Program-made: the position numbers and the translations under genes
Shown: piece after piece, positions 23,170-32,349 of the stretch
How the letters are laid out: every line of letters begins with the position of its first letter
Position numbering within the stretch: the stretch's first letter is position 1
IMG/VR virus record: IMGVR_UViG_3300042922_000169
Location: 1 to 38,035 of that record
Origin: a virus
Strand: one strand, 5' to 3'
Length of the DNA: 38,035 nucleotides
The notes under the pieces: generated by a model
What the model saw: the letters and a program-made list of their open reading frames with translations, nothing else
Database searches by the model: none
What the model was told of the DNA's origin: nothing

Positions 23170-23496
23170 TTAGCCAAGCATATCAACCTCCCATAACCAC
23201 TCATGATGAATATATTTCGTGTCCTCTTCATATTGCACACTGGCCAATGTCCATGATATTTCATTCTCAGTCAATTTATCTTGTATCGACTTAACCATGG
23301 GGTCAAACTCAAGCTTTGTATAATAATCAATGGTCCCTTGTGTAATCTGATCTACTTTTTTATCATCGGCATAAGAAGCATCACTTTCCGAATCCTCCGC
23401 CCACACAATGTATTTATCCAGCTTGGAATAGGCTTGATAATGAAATACATTGGAGGTTATAGTTAATAGCATTGCTTTAAATTCCTGCAAACTCAT
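23170..23496 (-). CDS. Head-tail joining / tail completion protein (uncertain)
   Basis: 108 aa within the connector gene block. Assigned by synteny only. Confidence 0.35.
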   Translation of the reverse strand: MSLQEFKAMLLTITSNVFHYQAYSKLDKYIVWAEDSESDASYADDKKVDQITQGTIDYYTKLEFDPMVKSIQDKLTENEISWTLASVQYEEDTKYIHHEWLWEVDMLG

Positions 23497-23845
23497 AAGC
23501 CACCTCCAGACGGGTTAGTGATAAGTCAATACATTTTGGTTCAACATCATTTATATACTGTGCTTGGTAAACATCGTATTGCTTTCCATCTACCAAAGTA
23601 ACTACGTCGTGTACACTAATATCATTTATTCTTGGTATTCTAACCAATTGTTCGATTGAAGATTGTTCCTGCTTCGCTAAACTATTCCTAGTAATACCGA
23701 CAATTCTTTCCTCGTAAGGTATAGCACTGTCCAATTTTTGAACTAGCCCTTCTTTCGGTAGATCACCCGGGGAAGCAATATTATCTACTCTGTAAATTTT
23801 CAACACTCCATCATTAAAGGTCTGTGTCAGGGTTTTCGGCTTCAT
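23477..23845 (-). CDS. Head closure / head-tail adaptor protein (SPP1 gp16-like)
   Basis: 122 aa. FNDGVLKIYRV......YEERIVG..R...A.Q is a pattern typical of the Phage_H_T_join family. Confidence 0.65.
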   Translation of the reverse strand: MKPKTLTQTFNDGVLKIYRVDNIASPGDLPKEGLVQKLDSAIPYEERIVGITRNSLAKQEQSSIEQLVRIPRINDISVHDVVTLVDGKQYDVYQAQYINDVEPKCIDLSLTRLEVAYEFAGI

Positions 23846-24137
23846 AGGTTGCCACCTCCTGTTTAATCTGCAGTGTCAATAGTTCCGATAAGTAATTAGT
23901 CTGAAATTCACTTAATGCATTTGACCGTACATATCGGCAGTAGTCAAGTAGTAATTCCTTTGCTTTATCTTCTTTTGTATAATCTTGTTCTGCACCTGCG
24001 GCACGGTCTATGTAACTGATTCCTCTCTTAATAATACCAGTGAGTTTACTGTTTGTTTGAGCATCTTCCCATGTGATATCTAAGTAGTTTTTAATATCTA
24101 TTAATAGAGTCCCTAATAATGCATCATTAACCGCCAT
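23814..24137 (-). CDS. gp6-like head-tail connector protein
   Basis: 107 aa. IKNYLDITWEDAQTNSKLTGIIKRGISYID....LLLDYCRY is the typical connector signature. Confidence 0.7.
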   Translation of the reverse strand: MAVNDALLGTLLIDIKNYLDITWEDAQTNSKLTGIIKRGISYIDRAAGAEQDYTKEDKAKELLLDYCRYVRSNALSEFQTNYLSELLTLQIKQEVATYEAENPDTDL

Positions 24138-24156
24138 GTAAAATCACCCCTAACAT

Positions 24157-24186
24157 CCGTAGGGTTCAATTTATAGAACCCTACGG
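24157..24186 (-). terminator. Perfect 11-bp stem hairpin after the capsid gene (partial terminator or mRNA stabiliser)
   Basis: CCGTAGGGTTC-aatttata-GAACCCTACGG. The T-run is on the plus side only. Confidence 0.45.
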
Positions 24187-24198
24187 CATTATTTTTTA

Positions 24199-25680
24199 TT
24201 AAGACTTGGTTACTGTGATCTTGTATGTCTCAGTCTCGGTTCCGCTGGTAACATTGATTGTTACAACATTTGCACCGTTTACCCATGTTGCTGCAGCTCC
24301 GTTTGCAACCGGTGTGCTACCGTTAAGAATTTCGATTTCAGCATCTCCGTCTTTTGCAACAGCAGTAATTGTATTTGTGGTGTTGGTTGTTGCTGCTGTA
24401 TAGATAAATACCGACTTATTGAATCCTGGTGACAATGTTAAGCTACCGATAGCCAAGCTTGACAATCTAGCATCATAGGTACCCAGTACACTGATTGATT
24501 CATTAGCTACATAAACCTGTTGTACATACGGCTGCAGATTGGTAATATCAAGTAACGCGAAAGAGTTGTTATCTTTCGGTTGTCCGTGTCCGTAGAACTT
24601 TGTCAAATAAATCCTTTCATCCTCAAGGAAATGATACTCATCTGAGAACTCTATTTTCCCGGACTTACCTGTTCCAGCTGCCATGATATATCTATTTCCT
24701 ATACCAATAATAGCTTCGTTTTCTGCTATTCTGGTTGACTGAATAACAGTTGTAGGGAACGGGAATACATCATATGCAAATGTTCCGTCTGTTTTTCTTG
24801 GTGTGGTTGCCGGCATTATCTTGGTCAGGTAATCCTTGGGGTTAACTACCAGAATTACTCCTGTAACCACTCTGGTGTGTCCATTTTCTGTCTCTGCAAG
24901 GGTTGCAAGGAGATTTCCATACGATGTTGGATCGAGTGAGTTTAAAACTACCTTTGTCTTATCTGGGTAACCCGTGGTTGGGTTTACGGAACCGGCTAAA
25001 TTTTTTCTCATTCCGATAGGTTCATGCAGATTAGCTGTCTGGCCTTTTCCGTTCAGAATTCCATCTTCCAATCCAAGATAAAGTGATTCTGATAAAATAG
25101 CTCTAACGTATCTGTCAAGCCAAGCAGGCCCCAAATCCAGCATTGCTTTGCACACAGGAAGAAACGCTGATAATTTATTCTGCTGCAAATCAATTTTTCT
25201 AAATCCAGAAGTTAGCTGTTTTACAATCTCTGCACATAATGGCGACCATGTTGCAAGTTCATCTGTATTAGCGTTTAGCAGCCATTCTGTAACAGCTCCT
25301 GCGTTTTGGAAGTCAATTGCATCCAACAAAGGGTGACTAGTTGTTAAATCATTAAACACATCATCAATGACAGTCTTAGGCAGAACCACATCCAAATCGG
25401 TAAGTGCCTGTTTCGGATTAGGCGATTTCATCGCGGTAATAACAGCCTGGTAATACTTTGTTTCATCGGAAGTAAGCTGTCTTACACCTCTTTGGGCGAG
25501 CACATTCACATCCGTTGTCTGCACTGCCTGTTCGTATTCTAAGACAACCGCATCTTGAATTGACATTGCTAAATCATTAAACGCCTGTGAATATGCCTCT
25601 GTATTGCCATCTGCAATAGCTTGACTCATTCTCTGTAAAATTGTATTTCTTTCCTGCTGTACTAAATCTTTATTTCTCAT
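24199..25680 (-). CDS. Major capsid protein (HK97 fold) with C-terminal cadherin-like/Ig-like domain
   Basis: 493 aa after the ClpP-type protease. The C-terminal ~88 aa contains LSSLAIGSLTLSPGFNKSVFIYTAA...YKITVTKS. Confidence 0.85.
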   Translation of the reverse strand: MRNKDLVQQERNTILQRMSQAIADGNTEAYSQAFNDLAMSIQDAVVLEYEQAVQTTDVNVLAQRGVRQLTSDETKYYQAVITAMKSPNPKQALTDLDVVLPKTVIDDVFNDLTTSHPLLDAIDFQNAGAVTEWLLNANTDELATWSPLCAEIVKQLTSGFRKIDLQQNKLSAFLPVCKAMLDLGPAWLDRYVRAILSESLYLGLEDGILNGKGQTANLHEPIGMRKNLAGSVNPTTGYPDKTKVVLNSLDPTSYGNLLATLAETENGHTRVVTGVILVVNPKDYLTKIMPATTPRKTDGTFAYDVFPFPTTVIQSTRIAENEAIIGIGNRYIMAAGTGKSGKIEFSDEYHFLEDERIYLTKFYGHGQPKDNNSFALLDITNLQPYVQQVYVANESISVLGTYDARLSSLAIGSLTLSPGFNKSVFIYTAATTNTTNTITAVAKDGDAEIEILNGSTPVANGAAATWVNGANVVTINVTSGTETETYKITVTKS

Positions 25681-25707
25681 ATTTTCAATCCTTTCTTTAC
25701 ATAAAAA

Positions 25708-26505
25708 TTAGCAGGTCTTAAGTCCTGCCAAAAAGTTTTTAAGATTATTTTGTTTTGGTGGTTCTTGCGGTTCAGCCTGCGGCTCCTTTGGTTCTGACTC
25801 TTCTTTTACAAATTGTCTAAGCTGTGCAGCCACCGCCTTATTATAACTTAATTTTTGTTCTAATGTACGGTTTGCCTTTTGCAGTAATTTTTGTGCATTA
25901 TCCATGTCGGCGTCTTGCTCCGCATATTCATCGGCAAGGCCGTATTTAATACAATCTTCTGCGGTGAGCCATGTTTCAGCATCGAGCAATTGCACAAGTT
26001 CATCTTCGGTTATTTTGCCAGAAGCTTTTTGAAGATAGGCCTGCCTATTTCCTTTGTTGATTACATCCAAATCATCAGCCGCTTTTCTTAACTCCGCTCC
26101 ATTACCCATTGCAACAGTCCACGCATTATGTATCATCATCATTGCGTTTCTTGGCATAACAACCTTATCACCTGCCATTGCGATCGTAGCCGCAACAGAA
26201 CAAGCAAAACCATCCACATGTACTATTTTCTGCGCCGGATGCCTTCTTAACTGATTATAGATCGCGGTACCTTCAAACACGCTGCCACCATACGAATTAA
26301 TAAAAATATTAATCTTCATAGCGTTAGGATATTTGGCAAGTTCATTTCTGAAATGATTTGCCGAGGTTTCACTCTCTATAATCTCGTCTGTCCACCAGTC
26401 GTAACTATCACTTTCCACATCTCCATAAATATACATTTCCAATGTGTCAGGAGCTGCCGCCTGTTTCAGTTCCCATATCCTTTTCACTGCTTCCACCCCT
26501 TTCAA
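25708..26505 (-). CDS. ClpP-like (S14) prohead protease
   Basis: INSYGGSVFEGTAIYNQL, GFACSVAATIAMAG and MMMIHNAW are ClpP-type motifs. The real start may be GTG at 26487 (RBS AAGGGGTGGA). Confidence 0.85.
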   Translation of the reverse strand: MKGVEAVKRIWELKQAAAPDTLEMYIYGDVESDSYDWWTDEIIESETSANHFRNELAKYPNAMKINIFINSYGGSVFEGTAIYNQLRRHPAQKIVHVDGFACSVAATIAMAGDKVVMPRNAMMMIHNAWTVAMGNGAELRKAADDLDVINKGNRQAYLQKASGKITEDELVQLLDAETWLTAEDCIKYGLADEYAEQDADMDNAQKLLQKANRTLEQKLSYNKAVAAQLRQFVKEESEPKEPQAEPQEPPKQNNLKNFLAGLKTC

Positions 26506-27658
26506 GTGATTTTAATAATTCTTCAACCGTTGCATAGTTCTTTGTCATAAAGAACTGGTTCGCCCAATCTTCATTAATTGGCTCATCACCCACCGTTTTC
26601 CTTATGTCATTTATAGTAAAGCATCCAGAAGATATCAACTTATCTATGGATGTTGCAACGCTTAATAAATCGATGTGTTTAATTACCTTGGTGTCAATTT
26701 GCACCTTAGTTCCTTTTAGGAATTCTGCTTGCCCAATTCTCTTACGGTTAATTTCCTCCTGCAGCATGTCGCACAGTGGATCGATGCAAAATGTCAATGT
26801 ATAGTCTGTAGCACTTGCAACGTCCTGCGTATCCCCTTTAGTTAAAGAAGGATGCACGTGAAATCCTCTTGCTGTAAAGTCGAAAATATCATCTATTAAG
26901 GCTCGTATATCCCGAGTACTTTCACTTGCATAGGTTTTTGATCCAATATCCGAATAGGATTGTCCTTTACCAAGCGGTAATACTGCATTCCCTGATTCCA
27001 TAAACTTCTTAAATTTTTCATTTATTAATGCATCAAATGCTTCCCTCTCTGGAGTGCCTGCAACTGGTAGTGTGTCATAATTGAATACGCCTTTTGTTCC
27101 TCTGGATTTCTGATAGGCTTGCATACTGTATGTAATTAACTTTGCATAACTTCCATACAACGCATTGTTAACCTTGCGCATATCAGCCTGTGATAATTCC
27201 CAATAAAGCACCTCAGATTGTTTGAATGATTTATTAAATGTAAAATCACCAACTGTAACTTGTGTAAATACATCATCATATAGTGCGTACTTTTTTCTGT
27301 CAAAGCTATCTGCAATTAACAACTGACCATTATGTTCAACAATAAGACATTCATTTTCCCCATAAAGAGTTGCTATCCATTTATGTATGAAGCCACTGGA
27401 ATTTTGGTTCAAGTTGGGTGATACGTTCCATGTGTAATACTCTGATCCCTTAACTTCTTTGCCGCGTATATAAGTTTTAAATTCACACTTACTTACCGCA
27501 TTTGCTATTAGGTTCACGGTACTCCAAAACGCCATTTCCCTAATATGTATTTCAGACACAATTTCATCCAGATACATATTTAATTCACTTCCACTTAACG
27601 GAACTGAACCACCGCTAAATTTACTTGATAGCCAGCTTATTAATCCCAAATTTATCAC
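26447..27658 (-). CDS. Portal protein (HK97-type)
   Basis: 403 aa between TerL and the protease. Confidence 0.85.
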   Translation of the reverse strand: MINLGLISWLSSKFSGGSVPLSGSELNMYLDEIVSEIHIREMAFWSTVNLIANAVSKCEFKTYIRGKEVKGSEYYTWNVSPNLNQNSSGFIHKWIATLYGENECLIVEHNGQLLIADSFDRKKYALYDDVFTQVTVGDFTFNKSFKQSEVLYWELSQADMRKVNNALYGSYAKLITYSMQAYQKSRGTKGVFNYDTLPVAGTPEREAFDALINEKFKKFMESGNAVLPLGKGQSYSDIGSKTYASESTRDIRALIDDIFDFTARGFHVHPSLTKGDTQDVASATDYTLTFCIDPLCDMLQEEINRKRIGQAEFLKGTKVQIDTKVIKHIDLLSVATSIDKLISSGCFTINDIRKTVGDEPINEDWANQFFMTKNYATVEELLKSLERGGSSEKDMGTETGGSS

Positions 27659-27662
27659 CCCC

Positions 27663-29348
27663 TTATATTGTAATTACTGGAATGTCTTCATAACGACTTG
27701 TCTCTTCCGGTAAGCTATCCTCAACTACCATAGAATGCACTAGAGCCATAAACGGATCAATCTTCCGGCTTTTAGGCTCTATCTTTCCATAGTAGTAATT
27801 CCCTGTTTCTGTACCTTCCTTTTTGCCTGCGCTTAAAAGCTTTGTATTATTAACCGCCCATCTTAACGGAGGATAATCTCCCCACGTAAATAAATGGCGA
27901 GTAAAGCAGCTATCAATTACTTTTTGCACCTTGTATATATCGTTTGGTCTTACCAACTTTACATTCTTATTTTCTTTCGCATCAAAACCTATTTTTTTTA
28001 ACGACGCTGCAACCAGAGCATATTTATTATTGTCAAGGCCAATCATTTCAATATGATACTTTTGAGATAATTCAGAAATATATGCAGTCAATAAATCGGG
28101 GTTAATTTCAACATCATCCACTAATGTTATGTCATTGATATCAGCCCATGATTGCCAAGGTATTTGTAGACGCTTTAAGTCAGCCGATTGCAGGCATAAC
28201 CACGAATGATTTATATCAAATCTTTCTTCTCCCTTTTTAAAGTGGAAGTTAACGCTTGCCCAGTCATTAATTTTTGCATAATCAATCCCAACTGTGCACC
28301 TCCATCCAGTCATATCAGGAAGTGGTCTATTTGTTGGCACAATATTTTTATCGTAATCCGTTACAGCAACTTCCATGTTTGACAAAGGCCAGTTCATACG
28401 CTTAGTATAAAACTCGCTCTTTATCTCGGGATCATATTCCATCTTTGCAAATTCTTTTTCCATTGTATCCTGCAGCACTGGAAGATATTTTAATGATGGG
28501 TTTGCCTTGTGCCACATCTTCGGATTTTTGATTTCATCTTCGCTGTTGACTCGATAAATCAGGGGCAATGTTTTAGAATTCTTTATATTGCGGTGTAGAA
28601 TGTCATAGCAAATTCTTAATTCCTTATCTAGGACTCCATCTCTAACATGTCCGTTGGTGGTTATTTTAAACACCCTGGAATGCTTTCTTTTACCGAAACC
28701 AGAAGTAAATACATTTATCATTGCATATGTCATATACTCATGAATTTCATCAAATATTAGACACGCCGAACGCTTACCGTCTTTTGTTTTTGCATTTGAT
28801 GTATGGTACTTTATTATCGATCCGGTTTTTAAATTTTTAATGTACTCTTTACTTTTATAAAAGAACTTCTTAAGCTTTACCCATTTTGATTCAAGCACAT
28901 TGTAAATATCTGAGAATGAAGTCTCTGCCTGATCTTCACTGTTTGCTATTATATCAATGTTGTATTCTTTAATACCGTGGTAATGAGTAGTTAAGTACCA
29001 CGCAACCGGTGATATAAATCCGTTCTTGCCATTTCCACGACCCATCATGATTATAAATTCATCAAAGACAACCGTGTCATTATCGTAATAGCAATGTATC
29101 AAGGCAAAAATAAAGAGCTCCCAGTCGAACAGTTTTATTTCAAAATAGCGTTCGGTCAGTTCTACTGCCTTATCTATTTTTTCACTGTCAATGAAAACTC
29201 TCGGATTGTTTAACTTTTCTTCTGCTATGTCTGCAGCAAGTATAATTTCATCTGATGGAACTACGCTGCCGTCATAAATCCCGTCTAAGTAAGCATCTAT
29301 ATACGGATGATAATTTCTCTGTCTACATTTCGTCACCATCTCCTTCAC
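27663..29348 (-). CDS. terL: Terminase large subunit
   Basis: 561 aa. Walker A-like IIMMGRGNGKNG, Walker B CLIFDEIHE, C-terminal nuclease region. Confidence 0.9.
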   Translation of the reverse strand: MKEMVTKCRQRNYHPYIDAYLDGIYDGSVVPSDEIILAADIAEEKLNNPRVFIDSEKIDKAVELTERYFEIKLFDWELFIFALIHCYYDNDTVVFDEFIIMMGRGNGKNGFISPVAWYLTTHYHGIKEYNIDIIANSEDQAETSFSDIYNVLESKWVKLKKFFYKSKEYIKNLKTGSIIKYHTSNAKTKDGKRSACLIFDEIHEYMTYAMINVFTSGFGKRKHSRVFKITTNGHVRDGVLDKELRICYDILHRNIKNSKTLPLIYRVNSEDEIKNPKMWHKANPSLKYLPVLQDTMEKEFAKMEYDPEIKSEFYTKRMNWPLSNMEVAVTDYDKNIVPTNRPLPDMTGWRCTVGIDYAKINDWASVNFHFKKGEERFDINHSWLCLQSADLKRLQIPWQSWADINDITLVDDVEINPDLLTAYISELSQKYHIEMIGLDNNKYALVAASLKKIGFDAKENKNVKLVRPNDIYKVQKVIDSCFTRHLFTWGDYPPLRWAVNNTKLLSAGKKEGTETGNYYYGKIEPKSRKIDPFMALVHSMVVEDSLPEETSRYEDIPVITI

Positions 29349-29637
29349 CGCCTTGTGTCGGCTTTATACCAAGCGCATCGAGTATCTTAATCATTTGCTG
29401 ACTAACTTTTAACACCTGGTCAATGCTTTCGTTTTTCTTGGTGCCGTATTGATTTTCCCCATTCTTATATCCTACAGTAGCACCTCGTTCCATAATGTCA
29501 TCAACTAGCATGTTTTTAGTTCTCCACAGGCTCATATAGTCATCTACAAGGTCAATATAATACTTCCCTGATGTCCCATTGCGTTCAAGCTGGTCAAGTA
29601 AGTCATTTTGGATTTCGTTCATTGTTGGCTTTTCCAT
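29323..29637 (-). CDS. terS: Terminase small subunit (P27 family)
   Basis: Preferred start is MEKPTMNEIQNDLLDQL at 29637. YYIDLVDDYMSLWRTKNMLVDDI...GTKKNESI is the typical P27-family pattern. Confidence 0.75.
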   Translation of the reverse strand: MEKPTMNEIQNDLLDQLERNGTSGKYYIDLVDDYMSLWRTKNMLVDDIMERGATVGYKNGENQYGTKKNESIDQVLKVSQQMIKILDALGIKPTQGGEGDGDEM

Positions 29638-29900
29638 TACCACCACACCCCCATCATGTGAGATTTCAAAAAATATCATTTGTCAAGAACCCACCCGAGT
29701 AACGCCATCTGAAATTAAAATGCGTTTTGTTTTGGGTGGGGGTATGTATTTTTATTCGCCGTAATTTCTATTACCCTCGAATATTTTGATACTTTAATTC
29801 ATTTCATCGTATATATAATCAATGCAGATTGGTGTACGGAATTGAACCGGCACTTACCCGACCACGTACCAAAGATCCCGAATGTACGGCTGCATTGTTA

Positions 29901-30251
29901 TTACCACCTCTCCTCTGTTAATGGCTTCTCTTTCTTCTCTGGTTGTCTATATCCATGTAGTTCCTCATGACAGTTATGGCATACTGCTATAAGGTTTCGC
30001 CTTATCTCTCCTTTGAATGTGTATGTCTTGCTTAGTGCATACCTTGGATGCTTGCGTACATACTGTACATGATGCACATGATTGGCTTTAGTATATAGCC
30101 CTTTGCTTTTACATATCTGGCATTCATACTTAGACTCTACTAATACTTCTTTCCTTAACGCCCTCCACTCAGGAGATACATAGAAGTCATGCAGCCTATC
30201 TTCACCTATTAACTTAGTTATCCAATTACTTACCTGATCTTCACTCATCAT
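29901..30251 (-). CDS. HNH endonuclease (packaging-associated)
   Basis: 116 aa. CQIC....HHVQYV....NLIAVCHNCHEELH. It sits upstream of terS as in HK97-like cos phages. Confidence 0.85.
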   Translation of the reverse strand: MMSEDQVSNWITKLIGEDRLHDFYVSPEWRALRKEVLVESKYECQICKSKGLYTKANHVHHVQYVRKHPRYALSKTYTFKGEIRRNLIAVCHNCHEELHGYRQPEKKEKPLTEERW

Positions 30252-30345
30252 CCCAGGTTCCCACCAACCCTATGTCATTGGACGATACATTGCCCGGCTT
30301 ACGCCACACCACTGTATATAATTCTTACGTCGCTGCATAATAAAA

Positions 30346-30377
30346 GGCACCGTTACGAGAATCCCCGTTTCGATGCC
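30346..30377 (-). terminator. Hairpin plus T-run downstream of the tRNA
   Basis: Minus strand: GGCATCG-N18-CGGTGCC followed by TTTTATTAT. Confidence 0.4.
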
Positions 30378-30536
30378 TGCCTCCGCTCTTGGAGGTCTTG
30401 AAATGTATTTTATCGCCTTATTTCTTAAGGCTTATACTTTGCTAGAGATGCTATGAGTCTATATCTCTGTAGCATCTCTTATTTAGATATTACACGTGTG
30501 CCGCCCATTAGATGCTATTCTATGTAAGGCGGTTAA

Positions 30537-30611
30537 TGGATACTAAGGGATTTGAACCCCTGACTTCGGAGTTATGAGCTCCGCGCTCTAACCAGGCTGA
30601 ACTAAATATCC
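30537..30611 (-). tRNA. tRNA with anticodon CAT (Met, or Ile2 if lysidine-modified)
   Basis: Minus strand: GGATATTTAGTTCAGCCTGGTTAGAGCGCGGAGCTCATAACTCCGAAGTCAGGGGTTCAAATCCCTTAGTATCCA. It has a 7-bp acceptor stem, D arm AGTTCAGCCTGGTTAGAGC, anticodon loop CTCATAA and T loop GGTTCAAATCC. Confidence 0.85.
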
Positions 30612-30748
30612 ATGTATGCCATGTTTTTGAGGTTAGGCACATGGCAGCCTATGTATGTGCATCATGAAGAAGTTTTGTTATATCTGTTATATTACATCTA
30701 TCCATGCTATTACTATAGCACACTTCAAGCGGACATGTCGGACAAATA

Positions 30749-31186
30749 TCAATTAGTATAAAAGAATCTTTCAAATTCCTTTCTTACACTTTCATCTGTC
30801 GTCCTTTTTCCACCGATGTTCATAGCTACCTGAGGCCAAGTCATATCGTCAATGAATTTATATCTTATAATACGCCTCATTCTGCTATCGTCTATAGACT
30901 GTATGTATTCCTCTACTTTTATGGTCATATCCTCTATCTTTGGTATTGCACTCTCGTACTGAGCCTTATTGATATATAGCCTGGTTTTCTTTCTGCTATA
31001 CTCTGGGTAAGGGAAACCCCTAATCATGAAGTGCTGAGTTCCGCCTAACCCTCCTGTCACTGAATCAGATACACATTTTTCATCCTCGATACGATTAATA
31101 TCACTTTCAAGCTTTTCTATCCTCTTATGAATATCCTTGGCCTCTTGCTTTAAATCGCAATACTGTACTAATATATCCTTGGTCAA
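30749..31186 (-). CDS. Late-gene transcriptional activator candidate (sigma-70 region-4-like HTH)
   Basis: 145 aa. TTG start after GGAGGGGA. N-terminal coiled coil. C-terminal SRMRRIIRYKFIDDMTWPQVAMNIGGKRTTDESVRKEFERF resembles sigma region 4. It sits just upstream of the packaging genes. Confidence 0.5.
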   Translation of the reverse strand: MTKDILVQYCDLKQEAKDIHKRIEKLESDINRIEDEKCVSDSVTGGLGGTQHFMIRGFPYPEYSRKKTRLYINKAQYESAIPKIEDMTIKVEEYIQSIDDSRMRRIIRYKFIDDMTWPQVAMNIGGKRTTDESVRKEFERFFYTN

Positions 31187-31189
31187 TCA

Positions 31190-31327
31190 ATCCCCTCCTA
31201 TCTCCCTCTCTATTTTTTCGATTATCTCTTTTAGATTCTGCTCCATCAGATCATTACCATGTCCGTCACATATCCAGCACCGGTCGGTATCTTCATCCGG
31301 GCAGCGTTCGCAAAAGTCAGTTCTCAT
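31190..31327 (-). CDS. Small zinc-ribbon protein (45 aa)
   Basis: MRTDFCERCPDEDTDRCWICDGHGNDLMEQNLKEIIEKIEREIGGD. Its ATGA overlaps the MazG stop. Confidence 0.45.
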
Positions 31328-31722
31328 ATAACCTTCCCTCCGTGCTTGTAAGGTCTTGATTTATTGAACTCATGCTTTTCTATTAGCATTGATTCAATAT
31401 CAATTCCATAGTGATGGCACATATCGAAGATACGAATTACAACATCTGCTAACTCTGACGGTATTCCTTCTGGTTTACCTAAAAATTCGCATCCCTCACA
31501 ATTATCAGGAGTTACTCCGCAAAACTCACTTGGTGTTTTGCATGAATAATATGTATCATTCGGATTTTTACCTTTGCGGTATTCCTCAAGAGCCTCGGAT
31601 AATTCAGAATGACATAAAGCTATTAACTCACCGAAGCTTCTCTCTTCTCCGTCCCACCAACCATGATCTATAGCATTCTCTCCTACTTCTTTTACAAACT
31701 CTTTAATATTTAAATTATACAT
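31324..31722 (-). CDS. mazG: MazG-like nucleotide pyrophosphohydrolase
   Basis: 132 aa. ELIALCHSELSEALEEYRKG and ELADVVIRIFDMCHHYGIDIE are the two MazG EXXE/D helices, with a Cys-rich insertion between them. Confidence 0.7.
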   Translation of the reverse strand: MYNLNIKEFVKEVGENAIDHGWWDGEERSFGELIALCHSELSEALEEYRKGKNPNDTYYSCKTPSEFCGVTPDNCEGCEFLGKPEGIPSELADVVIRIFDMCHHYGIDIESMLIEKHEFNKSRPYKHGGKVI

Positions 31723-31798
31723 AGACTTCTATCCCTTTCTTAATCTCGTATTTAGCCCTGAGAGCTATTTTAATTTGGTTTTGGTATTAATCCTTGGC

Positions 31799-31990
31799 TT
31801 ATGTTTCTTTGCCTCTTGTTTCCCTTATTGCCTTAATGATTTCATCTTTCGCATCCCATAAGCAAGTCATTATTCCCACAATTCCTAATATAATAATTCC
31901 GCAACTTGCAAGCCATCTTTCATCCGTTATATATCCGTACAGTACTTGCACCATAGCAAATAAGAAGAATAATGTTACATTTAATTTCAT
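31799..31990 (-). CDS. Small membrane protein (2 TM)
   Basis: 63 aa. LFFLFAMVQVLYGYI and GIIILGIVGIMTCLW. Confidence 0.5.
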   Translation of the reverse strand: MKLNVTLFFLFAMVQVLYGYITDERWLASCGIIILGIVGIMTCLWDAKDEIIKAIRETRGKET

Positions 31991-32349
31991 TCCACTGCAC
32001 CGCCTTTCAATGCTTGTTCGGCTGCTTCTCTGGTAAGGAATACGGTTTTACCTATATCACTTACAGAAAATTCGTATCCACTTCCTTTACCGTGACCTTC
32101 TATTACTTTGACATAGAAACTTAATTCATTCTTGTAATGGAAACCAAATACCTCACAGGTGATAATGCCGTGCTCCTTAAACCATATATCAACTTCATAA
32201 ACCGTATCACCATCCTTACATGGCAACTTAACCAATAACCCTTGTTCCTCTGCATCCTCATAAGCAGATAATTTATTCAGATACTTATATATTCCTTCAT
32301 CCATACAATCACATGATCCGTATGTGACTCCTGGTGTTGTTAACCTCAT
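31987..32349 (-). CDS. Hypothetical early protein
   Basis: 120 aa. LPCKDGDTVY ... VFLTREAAEQAL is a motif common in Firmicute phage proteins of unknown function. Confidence 0.5.
   Translation of the reverse strand: MRLTTPGVTYGSCDCMDEGIYKYLNKLSAYEDAEEQGLLVKLPCKDGDTVYEVDIWFKEHGIITCEVFGFHYKNELSFYVKVIEGHGKGSGYEFSVSDIGKTVFLTREAAEQALKGGAVE

Noticed and set aside
24157-24186. GTTC...GAAC in the post-capsid hairpin as a possible LexA site
   Set aside because: The orientation and spacing are wrong (GTTC-N8-GAAC, not GAAC-N4-GTTC). It is simply part of an 11-bp stem.
29821-29897. Possible second tRNA (7-bp closing stem AATGCAG/CTGCATT, GGTTCAATTCC T-loop-like motif, ACCA near the 3' end)
   Set aside because: No cloverleaf can be drawn. 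The T-stem has only 3 bp, the would-be D loop is 14 nt, and the T arm does not abut the acceptor stem. I treat it as a tRNA-like fragment or packaging-site structure.
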